Origin: an uncultured Actinomycetota bacterium
Lineage (GTDB): Bacteria > Actinomycetota > Actinomycetes > JACCUZ01
Direction of reading: 5' to 3'
NCBI GenBank assembly: GCA_963751035.1
Contig: CAVVSW010000005.1
Coordinates: forward strand, 1,072,425-1,136,424
DNA length: 64,000 nucleotides
The notes under the pieces were generated by a model. The model was not told the DNA's origin and did not search any database. It worked only from the letters and a program-made list of their open reading frames with translations. A program made the position numbers and the translations under genes. Below are positions 54,438 through 63,316 of the stretch, piece by piece; position 1 is the stretch's first letter, and the number at the start of each line of letters is the position of its first letter.

Positions 54438-55199
54438 GTGACGGCACTGGAGATGCTCGCCGTGCTGCTGGCAGGCACGGCCGCCGGTGCGGTGAACGCA
54501 ATCGTCGGGTCGGGAACCCTGATCACGTTTCCCGTCCTCTTGGCCGTCGGCTACCCGCCGGTGCTGGCCAACGTCAGCAACACCGTCGGTCTCACCCCTG
54601 GCTCCATCAGCGGGGCGATCGGCTACCGGACCGAGCTCGCCGGCCAGCGCGCCCGCCTGGTCAGCCTCGGGGTCGCGTCCGTCCTCGGCGGACTCACCGG
54701 GGCGGTGCTGCTGCTCACGCTGCCGCCCGGGGCCTTCACGGCGATCGTCCCGGTGCTCATCGCCATCTCGCTGGTGCTCGTCGTGCTTGCGCCCCGGCTC
54801 TCCCGCCGGCTCGCGGCGGCCCCGGATGCGGAGGGGCCGCCAGCGCGAGGGGGGCCAGCCCTGCACGCGGGTGTCTACGGCGCGGGCATCTACGGCGGCT
54901 ACTTCGGCGCGGCTCAGGGGGTGTTGCTGATCGGACTGCTCGGGGTGTTCCTCCACGAGGACCTGCAGCGCATCAACGCCGCCAAGAACGTGCTCGCCGC
55001 GCTCGTCAACGGGATGGCCGCGCTGGTCTTCGTGGTGGCCACCGACGTCGCCTGGGCGGCCGCGGGCCTGATCGCCGTCGGGTCGGTCATCGGCGGGCAG
55101 CTCGGAGCGACGGTCGGCCGGCGGGTGCCGTCGCCGGTCCTGCGCGGACTGATCGTCCTCGTGGGTGTCATCGCGATCGTCAAAATCCTTGCCGGGTAA
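54438..55199 (+). CDS. TauE/SafE (DUF81) family anion exporter
   Basis: The protein is 253 aa with two homologous 4-TM halves. It reads …VNAIVGSGTLITFPVLLAVGYPPVLANVSNTV…, and contains GG-rich helices. Confidence 0.7.
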   Translation: MTALEMLAVLLAGTAAGAVNAIVGSGTLITFPVLLAVGYPPVLANVSNTVGLTPGSISGAIGYRTELAGQRARLVSLGVASVLGGLTGAVLLLTLPPGAFTAIVPVLIAISLVLVVLAPRLSRRLAAAPDAEGPPARGGPALHAGVYGAGIYGGYFGAAQGVLLIGLLGVFLHEDLQRINAAKNVLAALVNGMAALVFVVATDVAWAAAGLIAVGSVIGGQLGATVGRRVPSPVLRGLIVLVGVIAIVKILAG

Positions 55200-55331
55200 G
55201 CCGGCCAGCCGCCTGCACCCTCCTCCTTTAGTCAAGTCCTGCCCATGATCCGGTGTGCAAGCCCCCAAGACCTGCGGAGTCCCCTGTGCAGTCCGTACGG
55301 TCTCGACTACGCCGAGTAGTGGGGAATGCAT

Positions 55332-55880
55332 ATGTCAGTCGCCACGATGCTTGTAGTCACCGATGACCTGCGCGAGCAGGCCTGGAAGCTCTACCGGGAG
55401 GCGTTCGACCCGCTGCGGCACACCGCCGTGCAGCGGCACGTCATGTACGACGACGAGTTCGACGCCGTGATGGCCGATCCTCGGGTGGACAAGTACCTCA
55501 TCTACGACGCTGACGGCACCCTGCAGGGGCTGGGCACCATCACGAACATCATCGAGTCGATGCCGCTGGTGTCTCCGGAGTACTTCGCCACCCGCTGGCC
55601 TGAGCGCTTCGCCGAGGGCCGGGTCTACTACATCGGCTTCGTCGGGGTGCATCCCAGCGCACACGGGAGCGGCATCTTCGCCGAGCTCGTGCATGCGATG
55701 ACAAGCGTGGTGGCGGCGTGTGACGGGATCGCCATCCTGGACGTCTGCCGGCACAACCTCCAGAAGCTGCACCTGCCGCGGATGATCTCCATCCTCGCGT
55801 CGACGTGGGCACCCCACGTCGAGATGGTCGACCTGGACGCCCAGACCTACATCGGCTACGACTTCATGCGGGCCGGCTGA
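55332..55880 (+). CDS. hypothetical protein (possible GNAT-fold)
   Basis: The protein is 183 aa. The stretch …RVYYIGFVGVHPSAHGSGIFAELVHAM… resembles GNAT motif A. No confident family was assigned. Confidence 0.35.
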   Translation: MSVATMLVVTDDLREQAWKLYREAFDPLRHTAVQRHVMYDDEFDAVMADPRVDKYLIYDADGTLQGLGTITNIIESMPLVSPEYFATRWPERFAEGRVYYIGFVGVHPSAHGSGIFAELVHAMTSVVAACDGIAILDVCRHNLQKLHLPRMISILASTWAPHVEMVDLDAQTYIGYDFMRAG

Positions 55881-58149
55881 GCGCCGTCTCGAAGACGCAG
55901 TCCTCCGCCGGCACGGGGCGTCCGAACAGCCAGCCCTGACCCAGCCGGACGCCCAGCCGGTGCAGGAGGTCGCGCTGGCCGGGAGTCTCGATGCCTTCCG
56001 CGACGACCTGCATGCGCATGGCGAAGGACATCGCGACGATCGCCCGGACGATCTCCTCGTCGTCCGAGTCCTGCTCGATCCCGGACACGAACGAACGGTC
56101 GATCTTCACCTCGCTGACGGGGAAGCGGCGAAGGTGGCTCAACGATGAGTAGCCGGTGCCGAAGTCGTCGACGGCCAGCAGGACCCCGACGTCGCGCAGG
56201 CGGTTCAGCAGGACCGCGGAGCTCTGCGGGTCCGCCATCATGGCCGACTCGGTGAGCTCGAGGACGAGGAGGTTGGCGGGCACGTCGTGGCGGAGCAGCT
56301 CGGCCTGGACATGCTCGACCAGAGCGGTCTCCTGCAGCTGCCTGGCCGAGACGTTCACGGCCATGAAGAGGTCTTGACCGGCGGGGCGGATTCCGGCCGC
56401 GCGCCATGTCGCCAGCTGGCGGACTGCCTCGGAGACCACCCACTCGCCGATCTCGACGATGAGGCCGGTCTCCTCGGCCACCGGGATGAAGTCGAGCGGG
56501 GAGATCATCCCCTTGCCGGGATGCGCCCAGCGCAGCAGTGCCTCGAAGCCGCGCGTCGCGCCGTCCTCGATCGAGACGATCGGCTGGTAGTGAAGGATCA
56601 GCTGGTCCCGGTCAAGAGCGTGCCGCAGGGCGAGCTCGGTCTCGACCCGGGCCCGGACCGAGTCGCGCATGGTGCTGTCGAACACGATGCACCGGTTGCG
56701 CCCACCGTCCTTGGCCCGGTACATCGCCGTGTCGGCGTCGCGCAGGAGCCCTTCTGCCGTTGCCGGGAAGACTGAGCGCGCCATGCCGACGGAGACCGTG
56801 GTGACCAGGGAGGTGTCCGAGACCGTCAACGGCCGGCGGAACGCGTCGATGACGTCGGCGGCAAGCATCTGGCCGTCACTGCCGCCTCCCGGCCCGACGA
56901 ACCGGGCCAGCACGAACTCGTCGCCACCGATGCGAGCGATGACATCGCTCGGGCCGGTGATGCCGAGCAGCCGCTCGGACGCGGCCACCAGGACGCGGTC
57001 CCCGACGTGGTGCCCCCACGAGTCGTTGACGAGCTTGAAGCCGTCGAGGTCGAGGAACAACAGGTCGACATGCCCTCCGCTGGTCTCGCCGCGGGCGATC
57101 AGGGCGTCAACCCGCTCGACCAGGTGGGGCCGGTTCGCCAGGCCGGTGAGAGCGTCGCGCGTGGCCTGGTGACGCAGGCCTACCTGCGAGCGCGCGTATC
57201 CGCGCACGGCACCGACCGCCCGGACGAGCAGGAGCAACGTCACGAGCGCGCCGCTGGTGGCGCCGATCCAGATCGCGGCGCTCGAGTGTGCCCAGCCGAC
57301 GACCACCGTCGGGGGAAGCAGCACCGCTCCGCTCAGCAGTGCGAGGCGGGACCGCGACCACGCTTGAACCGGGCGCTCCTGCGTCTCGGTCAGCGAGGCC
57401 ATCGAGGGATGCAGGGCGGCGGCGCCCAGGAAGGCGAATCCGAACACGAACGGCAGGTCCAGCAGCGGCGACCCGACCAGGTGACCCTGCGTGCCGATGT
57501 AGGCATATCCGAGGTCTCCGGTGAGCGTTCCCAGGGTCGCTCCGGTGAGGAACCAGTACGACGTGACGCGGTTGGCCGAGGTCCAGGACAGCAGCAGGAT
57601 CACGAACAGCACACACACGTCGATGACCGGGTAGACGCCCTGCAGCAGGGCGAACGGCGAGAGGTCGCCGTACGTGGCCGTGGGCAGGGTGAAGACGACG
57701 AGGGCGACGGCACCCGCCGCGATGACGACGATCAGCCCGTCCAGCAGCTCGTGCAGCCCACCGCGTACGCCGCGCCGGGTTCGCAGCATGGTGATGAACG
57801 CCGCCAGGACGAGGCCGTAGCCGGAGAGGGTGGCGACGTCGGCCAGCGGGGCCAGATGAGTGCCCACCAGCACCTGCCGCAGCACCGCGCCGAGGATGAA
57901 GACACCGCAGGATGCTGAGTAGAGCGTCCACGGCAGCCGGCTGGAAGGGTGGTTGCGGGCCCGTCCGACGAGGATCAGGACCGTGCTGCCCACGCCGACG
58001 ACCGTGAGCGGGAGCGCTGCCCAGGCGGAGTTGCGCAGGGCCACGAGGAGCTGGGCGAGCAGAACCGCCAGGCCGACGTAAGACCACGCCAGCAGCGCTG
58101 ACGTGTCTCGCCGATCCTGGTCGCCAGCGCCGAGCCGGGTGGCACGCAT
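55864..58149 (-). CDS. membrane-bound diguanylate cyclase/phosphodiesterase (MASE-like 8-10 TM sensor + GGDEF + EAL)
   Basis: The protein is 762 aa from MRATRLG. GGDEF reads …ATRDALTGLANRPHLV…DLDGFKLVNDSWGHHVGDRVL…ARIGGDEFVL (intact). EAL reads …QPIVSIEDGATRGFEALLRW…VSARQL…LVLELTESAMM…VDDFGTGYSSLSHL…VKIDRSFV…EGIETPGQ (catalytic residues present). The upstream 156 codons of the listed ORF are unlikely. Confidence 0.85.
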   Translation of the reverse strand: MRATRLGAGDQDRRDTSALLAWSYVGLAVLLAQLLVALRNSAWAALPLTVVGVGSTVLILVGRARNHPSSRLPWTLYSASCGVFILGAVLRQVLVGTHLAPLADVATLSGYGLVLAAFITMLRTRRGVRGGLHELLDGLIVVIAAGAVALVVFTLPTATYGDLSPFALLQGVYPVIDVCVLFVILLLSWTSANRVTSYWFLTGATLGTLTGDLGYAYIGTQGHLVGSPLLDLPFVFGFAFLGAAALHPSMASLTETQERPVQAWSRSRLALLSGAVLLPPTVVVGWAHSSAAIWIGATSGALVTLLLLVRAVGAVRGYARSQVGLRHQATRDALTGLANRPHLVERVDALIARGETSGGHVDLLFLDLDGFKLVNDSWGHHVGDRVLVAASERLLGITGPSDVIARIGGDEFVLARFVGPGGGSDGQMLAADVIDAFRRPLTVSDTSLVTTVSVGMARSVFPATAEGLLRDADTAMYRAKDGGRNRCIVFDSTMRDSVRARVETELALRHALDRDQLILHYQPIVSIEDGATRGFEALLRWAHPGKGMISPLDFIPVAEETGLIVEIGEWVVSEAVRQLATWRAAGIRPAGQDLFMAVNVSARQLQETALVEHVQAELLRHDVPANLLVLELTESAMMADPQSSAVLLNRLRDVGVLLAVDDFGTGYSSLSHLRRFPVSEVKIDRSFVSGIEQDSDDEEIVRAIVAMSFAMRMQVVAEGIETPGQRDLLHRLGVRLGQGWLFGRPVPAEDCVFETALSRPA

Positions 58150-58233
58150 GAACCTGCCTTCTTTTTCGTCCCGTCTGTGATTCGGCGGAAAGGACGATGC
58201 GGTTGAGCGAATCGGATGGGCCAGGATCGGCTC

Positions 58234-59058
58234 ATGACGGTCCGTGTCACAGCCCCCGGGGACCCCCGGCTGGGGGACTACCTGCGCCTGACGGACGTCG
58301 CTCTGCGCCGGGTCAAGGAGCCGGCCGAGGGCATGTTCATCGCCGAGGGGGAGAAGGTCATCCGCCGGGCTCTCGCGGCGGGCTACCCGCTGCGCTCGCT
58401 GCTGCTGGAGGAGAAGTGGCTCGACGGCCTCGCCGACGTGGTCGCGGCGACCGATGTCCCGGTCTACCTGGCCGACCGCGAGGTGCTCGACGCGGCCACC
58501 GGGTACGCCGTGCACCGGGGCGCCCTGGCGGCGATGTCGAGGACCGCCCTGCCGGAGGCCGCGGAGCTGATCGCCGGAGCGTCCCGGCTCGCCGTGCTCG
58601 AGGACGTCAACGACCACACCAACGTCGGGGCCATCTTCCGGGCGGCCGCGGGACTGGGCGTGGACGCGGTCCTGCTGACTCCCCGCTGCGCGGATCCGCT
58701 CTACCGCCGGGCCGTCAAGGTGTCAATGGGCGCGGTGTTCGCCCTTCCCTATGCCCGGCTGGACTCCTGGCGCTCGGGGTTGGACCTGCTGCGTGATGCC
58801 GGGTTCACCACGGTCGCGCTGGCCCCCGGCGAGGGGTCGCTCACGCTGGCTGAGCTGGCCGAACAGCAGCAACCCAGACTCGCCCTGCTGCTGGGCGCCG
58901 AGGGCACCGGGCTGCGCCCGACGACGATCGCCGACGCCGACCTCTCGGTGCGGATCCCGATGACCCGCGGGGTCGACTCGCTGAACGTGGCGGCGGCCGC
59001 AGCCGTGGCCTTCTACGCCACGGCCGCGACCGGTCACGAGCGTCAGAGCCGGCGGTAG
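58234..59058 (+). CDS. TrmH/SpoU-family RNA 2'-O-methyltransferase
   Basis: The protein reads …RLAVLEDVNDHTNVGAIFRAAAGLGVDAVLL…LLLGAEGTGL…RIPMTRGVDSLNVAAAAAVAFY. It has the SPOUT motifs and an N-terminal substrate-binding domain. Confidence 0.75.
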   Translation: MTVRVTAPGDPRLGDYLRLTDVALRRVKEPAEGMFIAEGEKVIRRALAAGYPLRSLLLEEKWLDGLADVVAATDVPVYLADREVLDAATGYAVHRGALAAMSRTALPEAAELIAGASRLAVLEDVNDHTNVGAIFRAAAGLGVDAVLLTPRCADPLYRRAVKVSMGAVFALPYARLDSWRSGLDLLRDAGFTTVALAPGEGSLTLAELAEQQQPRLALLLGAEGTGLRPTTIADADLSVRIPMTRGVDSLNVAAAAAVAFYATAATGHERQSRR

Positions 59059-59893
59059 CGGACCTCCGCGAACGAGTAGGCGCCGAAGCAGATCAGACCG
59101 AGGGCGGCGAGGCCGAGCAGGAACTTGCCGAACGGTGCCTCAGCCAGGCTCTTCAGGGCAACGTCGACGCCCGATGCCTTCTCGGGGTCGTGGTCCATGG
59201 CGGCCTTGATGACCAGGCCACCCACCAGCGCGACGACCGCGCCACGTCCCACGTAGCCGACCTGGCCGAGCCGACGGACCACGTCGTACGTGCGCGGGCT
59301 CATCTCGCCGGTCTTCAGCTGCTCCTCGAAGTCGGTCTTGAGCCCGCGCCACGCCAGCGCGATGCCCACCCCGATCAGCACCAGGCCGATCACGAGCACG
59401 ATCGTCTCGCCACCGTTCGCGTTGAGCAGGCTGGACGAAAGGTCGCCGCCGCTGCTGCTGCCCGATCCGGTCGCGATCCGCACTGCCGTCACGGCGAGGA
59501 AGATGTTGATCAGGCTGCTCGCGATTGACTCGACGCGCTTGACCGTGCGCTTCTTCTCGTCGGTCACCTCACGGCGGCCCCAGATGCCCTCGCCGAGGCG
59601 CCAGAGGCCGTAGGCCAGCAAGCCGGCGGCGACGATCCACAGGAGCGAGCGGCCGAAGGGCTGCTCCGCGATCTTGCTGAGGGCTCCCTTCTGGTCCGTC
59701 TGTTCCGAGTCGCCGAGGGCCACCTGGATGGCGAGGGCGCCGACCAGGATGTAGATCAAGCCGCGGGCGGCGAGCCCGACCCGGGCGGCGCGGGCGAGCC
59801 AGTCGCTGTCAGCGGCGCGCGACGCGGCCGCGCGAGGGCTGTCGGTGGCGGTGTCGGTCGGGTGGTCGGTGGGGCGGGCGGGCACAGTCACAG
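59043..59893 (-). CDS. DUF1206-domain membrane protein (three repeats of a 2-TM unit); start uncertain
   Basis: The repeats read …WLARAARVGLAARGLIYILVGALAIQVALGD…, …IASSLINIFLAVTAVRIA… and …RRLGQVGYVGRGAVVALVGGLVIKAA…GLAALGLICFGAYSFAEVRYRRL. The N-terminus of the listed ORF is Arg-rich and out of character. Confidence 0.5.
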
Positions 59894-60007
59894 CGGGACT
59901 CCTCGATGCCGGGACGCAACGTGCCCGAACCCCTACCCCGGGATCCGGCGCGGAAGCCCCTGCTCGCCTACGATCACGAACCAGGGACGACCAGGAGGGG
60001 AGTCGGC

Positions 60008-61219
60008 GTGCCACTCGGACGGCGCACCGCCGCAGCGAGCGTGTGCCTGCTGTTGCTCGCGGCCTGTGGCTCGGGCGACGGCGGGCAGACGGTCCCGCGG
60101 GCCGACGCCACGTCGGTGAGCACCCCCACCTCCACCACATCCAGCGCGACTGCCTCGGACGAGCCGTCGTCTACGCCACTGCGCGCCGGCGAACGGTTCC
60201 TCGACCTGCCCATGCCGGACGGCGCCTACTCGCCGGTCGCCCCGCGGGGCGGCAAGGACGAATACCGCTGCTTCCTGCTTGATCCCGACCTCGGCGAGGA
60301 CACCTTCGTCACCGGCGCGGAGGTCCTGCCCGGACGCGTCGAGATCGTCCACCACGCGATCATCTTCCGGGTCGGGCCGGACGAGGTGGCCACGGCCGAG
60401 CAGGCCGACCAAGGAGACCCGGGCACCGGCTGGACGTGCTTCGGGGGCACCGCGTTTCCCGGCCGTGGCGGGGCGAATGTCGTCAGCGCGCTCGACTCGG
60501 CGCCGTGGCTGTCCGCCTGGGCGCCGGGTGGCGGGGAGAACGTCTTCGGCCCCGGCACCGGGGTGCTGCTGGAGGCCGGCAGCCGGCTGGTCCTGCAGGT
60601 CCACTACAACCTGCGCAACGGCGCGGCACCCGACGACAGCGGCCTGCGGCTGCGCCTTGCCGACGGCACGGCCGACCTCGACCAGCTGCAGACGATGCTG
60701 CTGGTGGCGCCCGTCGAGCTGCCGTGCGCCAAGGGGGAGACCGGCACCCTGTGCGACCGCGAGACCGCGGTGCTCGACCTCATGCAGCGCTTCGGCGCGG
60801 GATCGGGAGCGACCGTCGCGGGTCTTCAGCTGCTGTGCGACGGCAACGTGGCCAAGCCGCGCGCCGGGTCGACGCAACGCTGCGACCGGCGCGTGAACAG
60901 CCCGATGGTGGTCCGTGCAGCCGCCGGTCACATGCACCTGCTCGGCCGCTCGATCAAGATCGAGCTCAACCCCGGTACGGCGGGCGCGCGGACCCTGCTC
61001 AACCGGGCGGTGTGGGACTTCGACAACCAGCGGGCCACGCCGCTTCCCAAGCAGGTCCGGGTGGCCCGCGGAGATGTGCTCCGCGTGACGTGCACCCACG
61101 ACGCCGGCCTGCGCCAGCTGGTCCCGGAGCTGGAGGACGAGCAGCCGCGCTACGTCACCTGGGGCGAGGGCACGTCCGACGAGATGTGCCTCGGCATCGT
61201 GATCTACACCCGCCCCTGA
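60008..61219 (+). CDS. lipoprotein with a PHM/DBH-like type-II copper monooxygenase signature
   Basis: The lipobox is LLLLAACGS. The candidate CuH ligands are VEIVHHAIIF (HH), with a further H downstream. The candidate CuM ligands are AAGHMHLLG (HxH) and TSDEMCLGIV (Met). Conserved Cys pairs are present. It is about 400 aa. Confidence 0.5.
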   Translation: MPLGRRTAAASVCLLLLAACGSGDGGQTVPRADATSVSTPTSTTSSATASDEPSSTPLRAGERFLDLPMPDGAYSPVAPRGGKDEYRCFLLDPDLGEDTFVTGAEVLPGRVEIVHHAIIFRVGPDEVATAEQADQGDPGTGWTCFGGTAFPGRGGANVVSALDSAPWLSAWAPGGGENVFGPGTGVLLEAGSRLVLQVHYNLRNGAAPDDSGLRLRLADGTADLDQLQTMLLVAPVELPCAKGETGTLCDRETAVLDLMQRFGAGSGATVAGLQLLCDGNVAKPRAGSTQRCDRRVNSPMVVRAAAGHMHLLGRSIKIELNPGTAGARTLLNRAVWDFDNQRATPLPKQVRVARGDVLRVTCTHDAGLRQLVPELEDEQPRYVTWGEGTSDEMCLGIVIYTRP

Positions 61220-62205
61220 CTCCCGCGAGCGTGCCAGCGGGCGAGCAGGTCGGCTTCGCGGTCGGGGTCGAGACCTGGCTGGTCCGGCTGCTTCTCGTCG
61301 CGCAGCCAGTCCAGGGTGTCCCGGACGGTCTCGGTCAGGGGGCGGGGCCGGAGGCCGGTGGCCAGTGCCGCGCCGGGGTCGGCGGCCATGATCAGGGCGC
61401 TCGGGTCGGCGCCGCTCCACAGCGGCAGCGTCCCGTCGTCGAGGCCGTCCTCCACGAGGAAGGCGGCGTCCACCCAGCTGAGCGTCGTCCCGGCGGGAGC
61501 GACCGTCTCCCGGATCGCCTCGAGCTGGTTGCCGAAGCTGAACGGCGGTGCGGGGCTGACCGCGTGGTAGGCCCCCGCCTCGCCCTGCTCGAGCAGGCCG
61601 ACCGCCCAGGAGGCCATGTCACGGGCGTCGATGACCTGGGCCGGGGCGTCGGCCGGGCCGGGTGCGAGCACCTCCCCGCCTCGAGCCAACCGCTGCACCC
61701 ACCACGGGAAGCGCCACGTGTAGTCGTCGGGACCGACGACGTAGGTCGGCCGCACGATCACCGTTCCTGACCCGAACCGCTCGACCGTCGCCCGCTCGCA
61801 CAGCACCTTCAGCCCGCCGTATGTCTCGCCAGTCACCTCCTCGGTCGTCGGGTCGTCGAGCTCGAGCAGCGCGGCGTCCTCGGTGTAGCCGGGCGCCTCC
61901 GGGGTCGCGTACGCCGACACGCTGGAGATGAGCAGGTAGCGGCCGGCCCGGCCGCCGAGCGCGTCGGCCAGCGAGTGGACGTGCCGGGGCACGTACGCGC
62001 AGGTGTCCACGGTGGCGTCCCAGCTGCCCTCGGCCAGCTCGGACAGGTCGCCGTTGCGGTCGCCCGTGCGCCGCTCGACCTGGGGGAACAGCTCCGGGCC
62101 GGTCTGTCCGCGGTGGAACACCGTGACGTCGTGGCCGGCGGTGAGTGCCGCGTTGACGATGTGCCGGCCGACGAACCGGGTGCCACCGATCATCAGGATG
62201 CGCAT
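61204..62205 (-). CDS. NAD(P)-dependent epimerase/dehydratase family protein (atypical SDR)
   Basis: The protein reads MRILMIGGTRFVGRHIVNAALTAGHDVTVFHRG (GxxGxxG Rossmann)…YGGLKVLCE… and is 333 aa. Confidence 0.7.
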   Translation of the reverse strand: MRILMIGGTRFVGRHIVNAALTAGHDVTVFHRGQTGPELFPQVERRTGDRNGDLSELAEGSWDATVDTCAYVPRHVHSLADALGGRAGRYLLISSVSAYATPEAPGYTEDAALLELDDPTTEEVTGETYGGLKVLCERATVERFGSGTVIVRPTYVVGPDDYTWRFPWWVQRLARGGEVLAPGPADAPAQVIDARDMASWAVGLLEQGEAGAYHAVSPAPPFSFGNQLEAIRETVAPAGTTLSWVDAAFLVEDGLDDGTLPLWSGADPSALIMAADPGAALATGLRPRPLTETVRDTLDWLRDEKQPDQPGLDPDREADLLARWHARGSQGRV

Positions 62206-62214
62206 GCCGGAACG

Positions 62215-63288
62215 CTATCCGGGGACCTCGGTGATCCCGTGCAGGGTCACCCCGTCCAGGTCGAGCACGAACGCCGCGCCGTGTGCCTTCGACGGCGTAT
62301 GCGCACCCGCGGGGACCGACCCGGCGAGGACCCGGTCCACCACCCGAAGGACGCTGTCGGCCGTCAGCGAGTAGCCGTTCGGAGTCGTCATCGATCCGGT
62401 CACGGTCCTCCCGCTCGTCGACCGTGCCTCGACGAACACCTGGTAGGTGCTCCGACTCCGGCGTTCCTCGTCCGGCCCGGTCACCCGGCGGGAGGCCGCA
62501 GCGCCCAGCACCCGACGTACGGCGGGATGCTGCGCGAGGGGTTGGGTCAGTCGCTGCAGGAGCGAGGTGCTGCCGGCACCGGGGAGGTAGGTGTAGGTGA
62601 CGATGTCGCGCACTCCCGTGGAGTGGAATGCCGTGCTGACGTCACCCCAGGGGATCGACGTGACGGTGACCGGTCCGGAGGCGAAGTCAGCCGTACGGCG
62701 ACGCCACCCGGCCGGCACCGACACGATGCGCCCGTCGACGCGGGCCCGGCCGCCGGTGCCCATGCCCTCGACCGCGGTCCGGGCGGTGCCCGGGCTCAGG
62801 CCGCCGCCGGCCCGGAACGCGATGTCCAGGGCGCTGGCCTCGGGCAGCTGCTCGACGACCATCGCGGCCAGGCAGTCGGTGGGTATGACGTCGAAGCCGC
62901 TGCCGGGCAGCAGCGCGACCCCCGCGTCGCGGGCCTCGTCGTCGCGGGCCTCGTCGTCGCGGGCCAGGACCGCCTCCAGGACGTCGATCTCGCCGGTGAT
63001 GTCCAGGTAGTGGGTGCCGGTGGCCAGACACGCGTCCACCATCGCCTTCGAGGTGGCTGAGAACGGGCCCGCGCAGTGGGCGACCGCATCGATCCCGGTG
63101 AGACCGGCAAGCAGGTCCGCCGAGTGGGACAGAGGGAACGCCTTGTGCTCGAGCCCGAGCCGGGCGCCGAGCTCGGCGAGGGCGCGCTCGTCGCGACCGG
63201 CCAGCAGCGGGCGGTGATTGCGCTGCACCGCCAGCTCCGCGACCAGCCGGCCGGTGTAACCGTTGGCGCCGTAGATCAGCCAGGTCAT
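62215..63288 (-). CDS. saccharopine dehydrogenase-like NAD(P)-binding oxidoreductase
   Basis: The protein reads MTWLIYGANGYTGRLVAELAVQRNHRPLLAGRD…HCAGPF…. This is the N-terminal Rossmann fold plus the C-terminal Sacchrp_dh-like region. It contains the ARDDEARDDEARD tandem repeat. Confidence 0.7.
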   Translation of the reverse strand: MTWLIYGANGYTGRLVAELAVQRNHRPLLAGRDERALAELGARLGLEHKAFPLSHSADLLAGLTGIDAVAHCAGPFSATSKAMVDACLATGTHYLDITGEIDVLEAVLARDDEARDDEARDAGVALLPGSGFDVIPTDCLAAMVVEQLPEASALDIAFRAGGGLSPGTARTAVEGMGTGGRARVDGRIVSVPAGWRRRTADFASGPVTVTSIPWGDVSTAFHSTGVRDIVTYTYLPGAGSTSLLQRLTQPLAQHPAVRRVLGAAASRRVTGPDEERRSRSTYQVFVEARSTSGRTVTGSMTTPNGYSLTADSVLRVVDRVLAGSVPAGAHTPSKAHGAAFVLDLDGVTLHGITEVPG

Positions 63289-63316
63289 GGGGCCGAGCGT
63301 AGGGTTCGTGCGCTTG

